Assembly (NCBI GenBank): GCA_013265495.1
Contig: MU063141.1
Coordinates: 9,063,878 to 9,127,877 of the forward strand
Length of the DNA: 64,000 bases
DNA from: Vicugna vicugna
Taxonomy: Eukaryota
Direction: 5' to 3'
The position numbers were made by a program, and so were the translations under genes. Position 1 is the stretch's first letter. Each line of letters starts with the position of its first letter. This document shows, piece by piece, positions 38,549 to 50,599 of this stretch. The notes under the pieces were generated by a model, which was not told where the DNA came from, ran no database searches, and was given only the letters and a program-made list of their open reading frames with translations.

Positions 38549-39169
38549 TTACACCGACACCATGAGCAAAACAATGTAAGAAAGGTATTTCAAGATCAAA
38601 AGCAAGAAAAATCAGGTATTATAAGTCACAAAAAGAAATCACCAGTCTGACTCTACGCCTGAGGCACAGTATTAATTTCCCCTGTTTTGCTCTAACTGGA
38701 TCTGTTCACATTACTGGGTTTATTGCCACTTCGTCAACTCTTTGTGAAAATCTCCACATAGAGGGAACACTGTCCTGTTTGATCGGATGCCGCCATCGTT
38801 GGCTTCCCCCGATTCGTGTGTGTGTGTTGATCTTTGAGGCAGGTGTTCGGAAGCTGCTGCTTGCTGCATTGGCTATCACCTCAGGGTTTTCATGAAATGG
38901 AACAGAATGTATTTTTCTTACCTAAATGATATTTATGCATGCACAGGTGTGAAACTAGAGTCTGTTTTCTGTATTGCCAGAGGCTAATCAAGAAGAGGCA
39001 GAAACTTTGGACGTTGTTCTGCTTTGACCTTCACTTTCATCAAAGGCTCCAAGAGTCTGAGGCTGTGACCCCAGCTTTTCTCACTAAGTGGGGGAACATG
39101 GTTCCTGGCTCTCAGGGCGGGGCTTTCGAGTGCTTTCAGTGAGCAGTTTTCTTCATATAATAAAGAGAG

Positions 39170-39430
39170 CAAACACACAGTGAGTGCCTTCTGGGCACCT
39201 GGTGCCAATCTAAATGCTTTACATGTATTAATTCATGTCATCCTCCCGGCAGCACCATGGACTTGGTACTATTTATCATTGTTCACATTTTACAGAGAAG
39301 CAAATGGAAACAGAGACTGTGAGCAGCACGTTGCAGATCTCAAAGCTGAGCCAAATGACTGAGCCAATATTTGGATTCTAGCAAGCCAGCAACAGAGTGC
39401 ACACTAGCCACCACCGCACACTGCCTCTCA
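39170..39430 (-). mobile_element. MIR SINE (near full length)
   Basis: 'ctaaatgctttacatgtattaattcatgtcatcctc...cattttacagagaagcaaatgga...accaccgcacactgcctctc'. Confidence 0.7.
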
Positions 39431-39752
39431 GTTTGAGCAGCTTCCTAGTGCTGTTGAAGCAGGAGTTTGGGGTCTGGAAAATGCCTTGACACATTCTAAT
39501 TATTTGTTACCTTATTGTGGAAATGGTTTTGAAATTCTGGAACCAGAAAACTGCCAAGCTATCTTCCTAATCCTTGTTTCGTGATGCTTAACTTAGAATA
39601 CAGAATTTATTATGGCTGGTTAACTTGGAACTGTCTTGAGTCTACAGTTTCCTGGCTGCTTCTCCAGTCTGCCAGAGCAATTCTTTGTGGCAGCCTTTTA
39701 ACCCCTTCATGTCTTCCTTCTCTTCACCTGGACTTGATCTTACCTCACACCC

Positions 39753-39822
39753 AAACAACAAGTTTCTTCTGTATAGCACAGGGAACTATATTCAATAACT
39801 TCTGATACCCTATAATGAGAAA

Positions 39823-39860
<38 letters not shown>

Positions 39861-39930
39861 AACTGAATCACGTTGCTGTACACCTGAAATTAACACAACA
39901 TTGTAAATCAACTGTGCTTCAATTTAAAAA
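39753..39930 (+). mobile_element. Young L1 3' end with an internal (TA)n expansion
   Basis: 'ctgtatagcacagggaactatattcaata...gtataactgaatcacgttgctgtacacctgaaattaacacaacattgtaaatcaact...tcaat'. Confidence 0.85.
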
Positions 39931-40029
39931 GGGGGTGGGGGGAGACTGTCCTCTCAGGATAAACTAAAGCAGGAAAGGGAAGTGCTGTAATTCTAAAGCC
40001 TGGACGTTGAGAATGGAGAAGTAAGGTGC

Positions 40030-40310
40030 ATAGACTCTGAGGGATGAGTGGTCTGGGCCGAGGGAGCAGCAGGTATAAAGGCTGCAGTTGGGAGCAGCTT
40101 GGTTGGTGAGAGGAGTAGAAAGGAGGCTAGGGTGGTCAGAACAGAGTGACCAAGAGAAGAGTCACAAGAAATGAGGCTCTAGAGGTAATGGGGGCCAGAC
40201 TGTGTAAGGTTTTTTAGATGACTGAGCGGACTTTGGCTTCTAATTGGAGAAGCCACTGGAGAATTTTGAGCAAAAAAGTGATATAACATGACTTTTGATT
40301 TTAAATGATC
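40030..40310 (-). mobile_element. L2 fragment
   Basis: 'gggggccagactgtgtaagg...ggactttggcttct...gagaagccactggagaattttgagcaaaaaagtgatataacatgac'. Confidence 0.6.
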
Positions 40311-40314
40311 CTGA

Positions 40315-40985
40315 AAATAGTTTGGCGATCCCCAATAAAGTTCAACATACATTTACTGTGTAACACTGCAATTATGCTTCTGGATATTTATCCCAGAGAA
40401 ATAGGAATTTAAGTTGGTACAAAATCCCGTACAGTTTCATGGCAGCTAAAATTTCATAGCAGTAAAGTTCATAGCAGCTTTATTGGTAAAACCCCTCAGT
40501 GCTCAATGGGTGAATGGGAAAACAACCTTTGGTACATCTAGTCAGTGAAATACTACTCAAGAATAAAAAGAATGCTCTATTAAATACACATAACTTGGAT
40601 GGAGTTTAAGGACATTCTGCTGACTGAGAAAAAGCTAATCTCAAAAGATGTTTTAGTCTGTGATTCTGTTCATATAATATATTCAAAATGGCAAAATTAC
40701 AGTGATAGAGAACAGGTCAGTGGTTGTGAGGGGTGAGGGTTGGGGAGGCAGTGACTGTAAGGGAGTAACACAGGTGTTTCTTGGCTGTGATGGAAGAGTT
40801 GTGCATCCTGATCGTGTTGTGGTTACACAGATCTGCGTGTGTGATTCTCTTTCACAGAACCATATAGTTAAAAAAAAAAAACAAGTGCATGAAAAAAAGT
40901 GGTGGAATCCTGATAAGGTGTGTAGTGGAGTTAATGATATTGTACCAATGTCAATTTTTCTTGCTTGATAATATCCTACTACCAA
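40315..40985 (+). mobile_element. Old L1MC-type 3' region
   Basis: 'tggatatttatcccagagaaat...gaaatactactcaagaataaaaagaatg...caaaatggcaaaattacagtgatagagaacaggtcagtggttg...tgtaccaatgtcaat'. Confidence 0.7.
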
Positions 40986-42289
40986 ACAAGGTTGCAGTCA
41001 TCCCAATTTCCTCCCGCTGTGATGTGGAGGATGAAGCTGCCCCACTTCTGTTTTTGGCAACCAGCCATTCAGACATCATTCTAATATCAGCACACTGGCC
41101 CACACCCTTCCAGTACATCCTTCTGGTGGGCGAGAAATACCTCTGTACAGATTCCTGGCCACAGCCGGATGCCCCACCATTCCATTCTCCTAGAAGCATA
41201 TGCTGACAGCTTTGTGACCGCTCAGATGTGAACACTCTTCCAGGGCTGATAGCCCTGCCAGGTTCTTGATACACAACATTTGCATGAAATCCTCGAGCAG
41301 TTCTGGACCACTGAGTCATAACTGCAACATATTTCTTAGTAAGGTTATGAGAATCCTTGTATGAATTTTGAATCACCATTGACATTATCTAAAAAAAAAA
41401 GGGTTGGAACTTTTGCCAGTTGCTTCCAAATATAGACTCAACCTTTATGGAGAAATATAAAAGCTTTAGCTTGCTTTGAGATCTTTCCACTTTTATTGCA
41501 TTAGGACAATTTTTTAAATCAAAGCATACATGACTTCTAGGCACCTTATAACAATAATAAAATTGCTGCAAGAAACCTACTATCTAATTTTTAGATCAAC
41601 ATTAAAATACAGCAACACTTACTTGTTTACCCATTTCCTCCTAAACTCCATGTTTTCCGTGATGTTATTTAAGTCTCTGAGAAACACATGATAGTAAAGT
41701 CATTGAACCACCACTGGTAATCCTGTAACAGGAAAGATCCAAAGCCTTAGTTCCAGTTCCTGCATTGATGCAGTTCTTTCTAGACATAGCACATCTGTTA
41801 CCCTGTTCCCTTCCCTGCTCTCCTGCTAAGATTTATCTTTAGTCAGATAATTTGTTTTTCAGATCTAAAGATGGTTGACCCATTAACATGTATAATAAAC
41901 TCATTTGTATTCCAGTTACAATCATCTGAATTATTTGCATTTTAAAATTTTTTCTCTATGCCTGTTTTTCTAATTTTATATTCCCTGGTGCTCACTCTCG
42001 GGTACAGAGTTGAGAATGGTATTTTGTTACAGGTGTATCGCTTTGGAACCCTGTGTTGTTTTTCTGTCATTTGGACTAGCTCTTCAGCAGTCTTACATTC
42101 AAGTTTTATCAGTGTTAATCTTCATCCTCATCATCAGTGTTTTCTCAGACAGTTGGAGTTTGCTCCACCTAAATTCTATTTAAATTTGATTCTAACATTT
42201 TAAGTCCAATTTTATAGTCAACAAAATTAAACCTTGAATATTGTCAGTTCAATTTTTACAGCCATCTAAACTTGTGGGTAAACTATTAG

Positions 42290-42485
42290 CTTTGAAACAA
42301 AACTCATCTGGATTGGAATCCTTACTTTACCACCAAATGGTTATACTTGTGAGCACTTTAAATTTTCTATACCTTGGTTTATCCATCTATGAAATTTATA
42401 TAATAAAGACTGTATATGTAAAATACTTAGCACAATGCATGGCATGTAATGGGCACTCAATAATAAGTAGCAGTAATTATTATGC
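42290..42485 (+). mobile_element. MIR SINE
   Basis: 'tatgtaaaatacttagcacaatgcatggcatgtaatgggcactcaataataagtagc'. Confidence 0.6.
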
Positions 42486-42488
42486 TAT

Positions 42489-42531
42489 AATAATATTGTT
42501 ATAAAAATAATATTGTTATAATAATATTGTT
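42489..42531 (+). repeat. Three tandem copies of AATAATATTGTT
   Basis: Copies at 42489, 42506 and 42520. Confidence 0.85.
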
Positions 42532-43282
42532 ACAAATGCAGGCCAAAGTCAGTGATGTAAAATATAACAAGTTAGCACATTAGGACACATGATGGTACTT
42601 GCCATCATTCTCCATTCAGGAACCCAGCCCGGGTGTCACATATTTATGCTTTAAATATTATACAAAAAGTATAAAATTAAGCTTAAGAAAATTAGCATCA
42701 TCTAATTTTTCTTAAGATTTGGAATCCAAGTAAATATATTTATTCTGATCAGAAGCCAAGGATATATTGTAGCTTATGTCACTGACCATTTGGCACTGTT
42801 TATAAACGTACTCTTAAGTATTCCATGTATGTAATAGATAATGTTCAGTATTGGATCACAGTTCTTCAAAATCTGTGGAGCTGTAAGTAAAAATAAAACG
42901 TGTGTGCACACAGACAAATAATTAGACTTACAATAGAGGAAGTGTGTCAGAGTAGGAAGAAAGGTTTGACGTCAGTGTCTGCTGCTAGCTTTGTTCCCTT
43001 GGACAAATCATGTACCTTCTTAGAGCTTCACTTTTCTCTAGATCAACTGTGTTTTTTAGCATTACTTTGTTAACATCCCATTGTGGTTGCTGAGAACCAG
43101 ATTGTTTTTTCAAATGTCTTCAAACTTGATAGGACACTATATTCTTCAGGTCAAAATGTGGCTTCTATTATTTAAAGTTTTTGAAGTCTGATGATAATAG
43201 CTCTGAGGTTGCAAAACATCATAGCCTACCCAAATTTTTACTCCTATTAGCAAAATAGGAACTTGGAAATTGATTTTGGGTT

Positions 43283-43440
43283 CATGGTTCTCAGCCCTGG
43301 CTGTACATTCTTATAACCTAATAGGCTTTAAAAGATTTCTATTCTTGGGCCCCACCCCTGACCAGTGAGGTCAGAATCTCCAGGGGTGAGACTTTGTTAA
43401 AAACTCTGCAGAACCTAGATGATTCTAGTGCACACAGAGG
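43283..43440. mobile_element. MER5A-type hAT-Charlie MITE
   Basis: 'catggttctcagccctggctgtacatt...gggccccacccctgaccagtgaggtcagaatctccaggggtg...atgattctagtgcac'. Confidence 0.6.
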
Positions 43441-43544
43441 ACAGAGTTGTCTTATCCTTATCTAAATTAAATTTCCTTTTAACTAAAGTAGGATTTTTTT
43501 CTTCTGATGGGGGCCATCTGGGAATAAATATTGTCACATACTCT

Positions 43545-44812
43545 TTTTAATTGAAGTATGGCCGATTTATAATGTATTAGTTTCTGATGTACAGCATAGT
43601 GATTCAATTATGCATATATATATACATATATATATGTGTATATATATTCCTTTTCATATTCTTTTTCAGTATAGGTTAAAACAAGATGTTGAATACAGCT
43701 CCCTGTGCTATACAGTAGCACCCTGTCATTTATCTATATTATATACAGTAGTTAGTATCTGCAAATCCCTAACTCCCAATTTATCTCTCCTCACCCCCTT
43801 TCTCCACTGGTAACTATAAGTTTGTTTTCTATGTCTGTGAGTCTGTTTCTTTTTTTGCATATAAGTTCATTTGTGTCTTTTTTTCTTTAATTCCACATAT
43901 AAGTGGTAACATATGATATATTTCTTCCTCTTTCTGCCTTACTTCACTTAGTATAATAATCTCTAGGTACATCCATGTTGCTGCAGATGGCATTATTTCA
44001 TTCCTTTTTATGGTTAGTAGTACTCCATTATAGATCACATTCTTTTTTAATGGTTGAGTAGTATTCATATACATATATATCTCTCAATTTCTTTATCCAG
44101 TCATTTGTCAATGGACATTTAGTTGCTTCCATGTCTTAGCTATCGTAGCTGTTATGAACATTGGGGTACATGTGTCTTTTTGAATTAGAGCTTCCTCCAG
44201 ATGTATGCCCAGGNNNNNNNNNNNNNNNNNNNNNNNNNNNNNNNNNNNNNNNNNNNNNNNNNNNNNNNNNNNNNNNNNNNNNNNNNNNNNNNNNNNNNNN
44301 NNNNNNNNNNNNNNNNNNNNNNNNNNNNNNNNNNNNNNNNNNNNNNNNNNNNNNNNNNNNNNTGTGGACTTTTTAATGATGATCATTCTGACCAGTGTGA
44401 GGTGATACCTCATTGTTGTTTTGATTCATATTTCTCATAATTGGTGATATTGAGTATTTTTCATGTGCCTATTGGCCATTTGTATGCCTTCATTGGAGAG
44501 ATGTCTTTTCAGGTCTTCTGCCCATTTTTGGAATGGATTGTTTGTTTGTTATTGAGTTGTATGAGCTATTTGTATATTCTAGAAATAAACCCCTTGTTTT
44601 CTTCCATTCTGTAGGTTCTTTCCATTTTGTTTATGGTTTCCTTTGTTGTGCAAAAACTTTTAAGTTTAATTAGGTCCCATTTGTTTATTTCTGCTTTTAT
44701 TTCTATTGCCTGGGTAGACTGCCCTAGGAGAACATTGCTCTGATTTATCTCAGAGAATGTTTTGCCCATGTTCTTTTCTAGGAGGTGTATGGTAACTTGT
44801 GTTATGTTTAAG
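43545..44812 (-). mobile_element. Young 5'-truncated L1 (ORF2 C-terminus plus 3' UTR), contains an N gap
   Basis: Antisense ORFs 'GKTFSEINQSNVLLGQSTQAIEIKAEINKWDLIKLKSFCTTKETINK' and 'MRYHLTLVRMIIIKKST' are L1 ORF2p motifs; small deletions are present. Confidence 0.93.
44214..44362. other. Assembly gap (149 N) inside L1 ORF2
   Basis: N run seen directly. Confidence 0.99.
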
Positions 44813-45034
44813 TGTCTCTACATACACTTACTGTTGATATCTTCTTTGGTTAAGGAGAAGTACTTTAACATGGGAGTCGCCTCTCTGTTTCTTTTAGTAA
44901 AATGAACTTTAAAATTTATAAAGAAACTTTTAAAATCATCTTAATCATAACTTACTGGTCAGTTCCTTAAGAGATTTTTATCTTAAAATAGCAATACATA
45001 AAATGTGATCATCCAAAGGCAGTGTCAAAACATA

Positions 45035-45370
45035 GGTCTTAGTCTGCTCGGGTTGCTGTAACAGAAGTAACGTAGTCTGAGTGGCTTATAAATAACAGAA
45101 ATTTATCCCACAGTTCTGTAGGCTGGGCAGTCCAAGATCAAGGTGCCAGCAGATCTGAGGTCTGGGAGGGCCCATTTTTTATAGATGGCTCTCTTCTCAC
45201 TGTCTCCTTATGTAGTCAGAAGGGGCCCTCTGGGATCTCTTTTATAAGAGCACAGATACCATTTATAAGGGCCCCACCCTCGTGACCTAATCACCCCCGA
45301 AAGCTCCACTTTCTAATACCTTCACCTTTGGAGTGAATTCTGGGGGGATATAGACGTTTGGTCTATAGCA
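45035..45370 (-). mobile_element. MLT1A-type MaLR solo LTR with a 5-bp TSD
   Basis: Minus strand TGCTA...CTAAGACC termini; TSD ACATA at 45030-45034 and 45371-45375. Confidence 0.85.
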
Positions 45371-45479
45371 ACATACATATATATAATTTTCAAATTATTT
45401 AAAAGGCAACAGAATTTCAGAGGTAAAAATCCTTGACCTCTAGGAAAACAAAAGACATGGCTAAAGGTATCTATAGTTT

Positions 45480-45523
45480 TTTTTTTTTAACTGAAGTATA
45501 GTTGATTTACAATGTTGTATTAG
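45480..45523 (-). mobile_element. Extremely truncated L1 3' end (~44 bp)
   Basis: Poly(T) plus 'aactgaagtatagttgatttacaatgttgtattag'; flanked by TATAGTTT at 45472-45479 and 45524-45531. Confidence 0.75.
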
Positions 45524-45559
45524 TATAGTTTATTGTTCTGTCATTAGAAATGGTAATGC

Positions 45560-45712
45560 TACAAGCTAACATTATGGCCTCCGAGTGTGCCAGACAGTAT
45601 TCTAAGCACCTTATGTCAGGATTTCATTCAATCCTCGCAACAATCCACTAGGCAGATATTGTATCACCCCATTTTACCTGTGAGAATACTGAGGTTCAGT
45701 GAGCAATTTGAC
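45560..45712 (-). mobile_element. MIR SINE
   Basis: 'gtgccagacagtattctaagcacc...ttcaatcctcgcaacaatcc...cccattttacctgtgagaatactgaggttcag'. Confidence 0.7.
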
Positions 45713-46064
45713 ATTTATAAATATTATGTACATATTGTCATTAGTAATTACAATTTGAATTCTAACCCCTCTTTTCTAAAAAACTTCTGTGCCCTAGTGG
45801 TCCTTATGATTTCTAAGTGCTGCTGGTGTTTGAAATGCCAGCCTTTATTAGAGTATGTTTTGCCCCTAAGGCAAAGCCAAAAGGCAAAGTCTTCAAAGCA
45901 GCTGAATTCCTTGGTTGGCACAGTTAACAGAGCCAGAAAAACAAAAGGGAAGATCAAGTGGTTCATACACCATAATTTTAATTGCTTTGCTTTTACAATT
46001 CCCAGCTTTCAATTTCAAAAAACGAATTTGAAATTCGTTTACTATCTGAGGAGTGATGCTTGGA

Positions 46065-46325
46065 GATAGTGAGCACTGGGAGAAAGAGCACAGGGAGACT
46101 GGGACTTCCCGGTCCAGCTCTCACTGAGTGGGGTGATCTTGCAAAACTCCTTGGACCCGTTGAAACTTCATGTCCTGCTAGTAAATAGAGGGAGCCGTGG
46201 TGGTAAGAGCAGTAATTAACAACAGCAGCATTTGCCGCAGCCTTTTCACTGTACGGTTGTCATGATCAAATGAGATATTTTTGGAGAGTGCATTTGGCAA
46301 TATGATGATCTATAGATACTAGGTT
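46065..46325 (+). mobile_element. MIR SINE
   Basis: 'agaaagagcacaggga...ccagctctcactgagtggggtgatctt...gttgtcatgatcaaatgagata'. Confidence 0.5.
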
Positions 46326-47174
46326 TTCTTGTTACTGTTACCTTCTCATCATTGTGACTATTATTATCTTATTATTTTTGCTCATGTTTACCATCAACCA
46401 AAAGGGGTCCTATCTTTCCAGAGTAGATGGAGGGTAGGATGAATGAGTGCTGGAGACAGGAGCTAAGCTCAGGAGTCCACCTTTGTAAGATCATCAGGAG
46501 ATTTTCAGCTTGGGAACTTGAGAGTAATTTTAATAGGGAAATCTCTTAGATTTGCTTTCAGAAAAGAGAATAAGGGAGAAGATGGGAGAGGTCATAAACG
46601 GGCTTGAGGATATAAACAGAAATTGAAAAGTAGAAGCCACTCAAGATACAGATCATTGTTAATTTATCTATCCAAATGCACAGTTTCTCACTTTGAAAAC
46701 TGCTTGTTTTATTCTATTTGTTATGAGCATTTTTAGCCTCAAAGCTTCTGTAATATATGATTTAAGGATAATCTTTAAAAAATTATTCCATATTAAGGCT
46801 TATATTCAGTTATGAACTTAACTCTCAGCTTATTTACTTATTTACTATTTTATTTAGTGAGTATCTTCACTTGAGTTGGAAAGAATCCACGCTCAAATAT
46901 TACCAATACATTGTGGTGCACTCACACAAGCTCGCTATTTGATTTGAGGAGGTAGCCAACAAACTCTAATCTTTGCAAAGAGATATAATCTGATTTCCAA
47001 TATAAGCTTCATTATGATTTGGAAAGTTCAATTTTTAGGTATTATGAGATCTAAATTTGTGGTAAGCATGTTCATAGTATATATTTCAAATCACACCCTG
47101 GATTTCTGTTCCTCAGCCTTTTCCCTCTAGTTTTCAGGTGCTGACATCATTAAGTTTGATTCTGCTTTCAGCAA

Positions 47175-47370
47175 AAACAGAGTCTGGACTTTGGGGAGTT
47201 AGGAACAGCTGGGTTTGAATCCCAGTTTTGCCACGTACCAGCTGTGTGACCTTGTACAAGTTCATTCACTTCCGTGAACCTTAGCCTCCTTCATAAAATG
47301 GGGACACTGATGCCCATGTCATGTGAGATTGCTGGGAGGATTGAGTTAAGTGTGTATTACATACCAGGGT
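47175..47370 (+). mobile_element. MIR SINE
   Basis: 'ctgggtttgaatcccagttttgccacgtaccagctgtgtgaccttgtacaagtt...taaaatggggacact'. Confidence 0.75.
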
Positions 47371-47819
47371 TGTAGAAGGTCTTCAATACATTTTAACTAC
47401 ACTGCCCCCTGCTCCCCACAACACAGTGCTTTTTCTACAATTTTCCCCATAATTTCTTACTTTAAAATGGAGAATTTTTTTAGGAGGACAGGCGGAACTA
47501 ACTTTTGCTCTGTGTTGGCTCTTTCTAGTGTTAACTTTGAACTCAAAGACGCTATCAGTTTAATTTTCCATAAATTGGGCATAGAATTTATAGAAGGATT
47601 TTAAATTGGGAGTCACATACCATAACTTTATTTTTCTCTACCTAGCACTTTAAGTCTCCATTTCCCCATTTCCTCATAATTTTCCCCATTCAAGATAACA
47701 TGATCAGTTCTAGGTTAACTTATTCTTCTTTCGTGTAAAGTCTTATAGTCTTTCAGATAGCAGAATTGGGTGTGGTTTATGCATCTCAAGACCTTGGAGG
47801 AGAGGCAGCTGCTGTCCTC

Positions 47820-48100
47820 TGGTTCTCCCTGCCTTCTCTGAGATGCTCATCCTCCATCGTCTTTGGGCTCTAGCCCCTGCCCTTGCTGCATCTGCTATGG
47901 AAGTGTCCCTGATCTGCCCTTAGCACAGTCGGTACCTGGAGCTCTTTCTCTGCTGACTTTGCCATCATTTTGGCTTTTTCCTAATGCTGTTTGCTTTTTT
48001 GAGATTCAGCTACACCCATGTGAAATCCTGACTGTGGTCTACCCACAGTCTTTGCTCCAGATTCTCTTTGTCTCCAGCCACCCTACGTGGATAGGCTAGC
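47820..48100 (+). mobile_element. L2 ORF2 remnant
   Basis: Degenerate L2-like pyrimidine-rich sequence. Confidence 0.35.
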
Positions 48101-48532
48101 ACATTGGCCCGCAGCTCACAGCCGCCCTCTATGACCCTCTCAGGGCCATGGGAATTCTCCAGCCCTCCTCCATGCCCTGCTGGTGCCAATGGGAACTGCT
48201 ATGGAGGGAAGTGGGAGTGGCTAGTTTGCTCTTTCTAAATCCTACACTGATGCAGCCTTCTTGACTGGGTGTTGGCACCACTGACAGTGTCAGCTGAACG
48301 GAGTCCATTAGTGTCCTCTGCTTTTGAATGCTAAGTCTCTCTGAAGAGTTCCTGTGTACCCTCCTGGGGTTTTGATCATAGTGGGCAAAATCCAGCAGAC
48401 TCATTGTAGAATTTTATTCCCAGTTCTTCAAGCTAGTTTTGACACTTAAAGCACATCTTTGGAGTCCAGGGAAAACCCCTTTTAAGTACCCAGCTCTTAC
48501 AAGGGAAAATCAGAATTTTCATGACCTGTTTT

Positions 48533-49083
48533 TTTTTTTCCCCTTTATTTTTTTTTTATTGAAGTGTAGTTGATTTACAGTGTTAGTTTCAGGTGTACAG
48601 CAAAGTGATTCAGTTTTACATATACATACATATGTATATTTTAAGATTCTTCTCTATCACAGCTTATTGCAAGTAATTGAATATAGTTCCCTGCGCTACA
48701 TAGTAGGTCCTTGCTTTATATACAGTCATATGTATCTGTTAATCCCAAACTCCTAATCTATCCCTCCATCTCCCTTTGCCCCCTGGTAACCAAAGTTTGT
48801 TTTCTATGTCTGTGAGTCCATTTATGGTTTGTAAAATTTTTTTTTTTTTAGATTCCANNNNNNNNNNNNNNNNNNNNNNNNNNNNNNNNNNNNNNNNNNN
48901 NNNNNNNNNNNNNNNNNNNNNNNNNNNNNNNNNNNNNNNNNNNNNNNNNNNNNNNNNNNNNNNNNNNNNNNNNNNNNNNNNNNNNNNNNNNNNNNNNNNN
49001 NGCATCTTCTTTATCCATTCATCTGTCAGTGGACATTTAGGTTGTTTCCTTGTCTTGGCTATTGTAAATTGTGCTGCTGTGAA
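48533..49083 (-). mobile_element. Young 5'-truncated L1 with a 15-bp TSD, contains an N gap
   Basis: Perfect TSD TTCATGACCTGTTTT at 48518-48532 and 49084-49098, followed by AA (canonical TTTT/AA endonuclease site). Confidence 0.93.
48858..49001. other. Assembly gap (144 N) inside L1
   Basis: N run seen directly. Confidence 0.99.
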
Positions 49084-50072
49084 TTCATGACCTGTTTTAA
49101 AACAAGGTAGCTTTAAAATCCAAGATGGGCAGTGGCTTCTTTTTATTGCCCGGCCCTAACCTCTCTTTTAAGCAATGGAAGCCTCAGCTTTAAAGAACGG
49201 AGGACTTTGAAATAATAATTGCCAGGGATGATGCATATTTAGGATGATATTTCAAAATATTCTGTTACCTGCAGAAGTAATATTTTTATTCTTTTCTTTT
49301 CTGTTTTGCCTTCAGTTTCTTTTTTTGCCTTTTGGTCTGAGAAATTGTAAGTCAGATATTCATTGTGCAGTTCTTGTTTTCAAGACTAAGCTCTATCTAC
49401 ATGAAATTTGCAATTTCTCTTTTTATAATCCATTTACAATTTTTGTCTCTTAAAGCTTTTGTTTCTTATGACTTCTACCTTTCATGACTATCCATTTCCA
49501 ATTCATGTTAACGCTGCTGAATAGTAATATTTTAAGCTACATTAACTTTCCTTCTTATTTCTGTGTGTTTTGATTCTTAGTCCTCTAAAATAAATGTATC
49601 GCTTATCATAAGATGATTCCAGAGGGTAATAGTCTCATTTTCTAGTCTTAGCCTTCTCTACCAATTATAGATCCTCAGTGATATGCTTTATGTAATTATT
49701 AGCGGTTGGAGAGAGGCAGTTTCTCAGACAGCTCTCTATTCCCTTGTGGCTGACAAGAGTTCGGATACAGTGGTGGGAGGTGCAGATCTCTCTGCTCTTT
49801 GTAGTAAGCAAAAGCGCTAAGTGGTCTCACTTAAATTATTAACAAAATACACAGGTCAAGCATGCAGCCTTTTGCCCTGCTTTTCCGCTTTTCTCTGCTC
49901 TTAAAAGCATGACTGTAATGTTGCACAAAAGGCACTCACACATAGTTTGACGTAAGAACCTGACTCAGTTTGTTGGAATGTGGTGGAGCGCTCACATTTG
50001 GTAATTGCAGTTTTTCCATTCACGCATGCAGGTACACTGGAGCGATCAGCTTCTCCAACTGAGTGATAACAA

Positions 50073-50255
50073 TAGTAGCTAACATCTTTGAACAATGTGC
50101 CAGGCATTATGCAAACCACTTAAACGCATCATCTCATTTTAATCTTCACAGTCCTTTGCTATAGATACCCATTTTGCATATGGAAAGACAGAAATTTAGA
50201 GCAATTGACCAAAGCCACACATCAGGAAGGTGACAGAGCCTAAACCAGGTCTGTC
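50073..50255 (-). mobile_element. MIR SINE
   Basis: 'tgtgccaggcattatgcaaaccact...catcatctcattttaatcttcaca...cccattttgcatatgg...gaccaaagccacac'. Confidence 0.65.
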
Positions 50256-50269
50256 CTTTTCCCCACACT

Positions 50270-50388
50270 AATACAGTGTCTGAACTGGGACATCTTTGAG
50301 AGTGAAATGAGACACTACTGCTACTTTCACTGGGATGACAGTTATAAATCGGAGTTTTTCTGTGCAGACTAGGACCTATGTTTACCCT
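50270..50388. mobile_element. MER94-type hAT-Blackjack MITE
   Basis: 'tctgaactgggacatctttgagagtgaaa...ataaatcgga...aggacctatgtttaccctg'. Confidence 0.6.
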
Positions 50389-50599
50389 GACTATCAGCCC
50401 TCTCAGTGGGGAGCTTTCAATAATTGAGACAGTAAAGGAAGACTCTCGGGTCCTTTCCAGGTTTCTCTCCCCAAGGTTGGAAAGTCCCTAGCTTCTAATC
50501 AGATTTTTACTCAAATGAGGCAGTTTCCCATGAATGTGTCCACTGATGCAATGCTGTGTAAACATGATCAGTCCATCTCTGTATTTACAGAGTTTCGGT

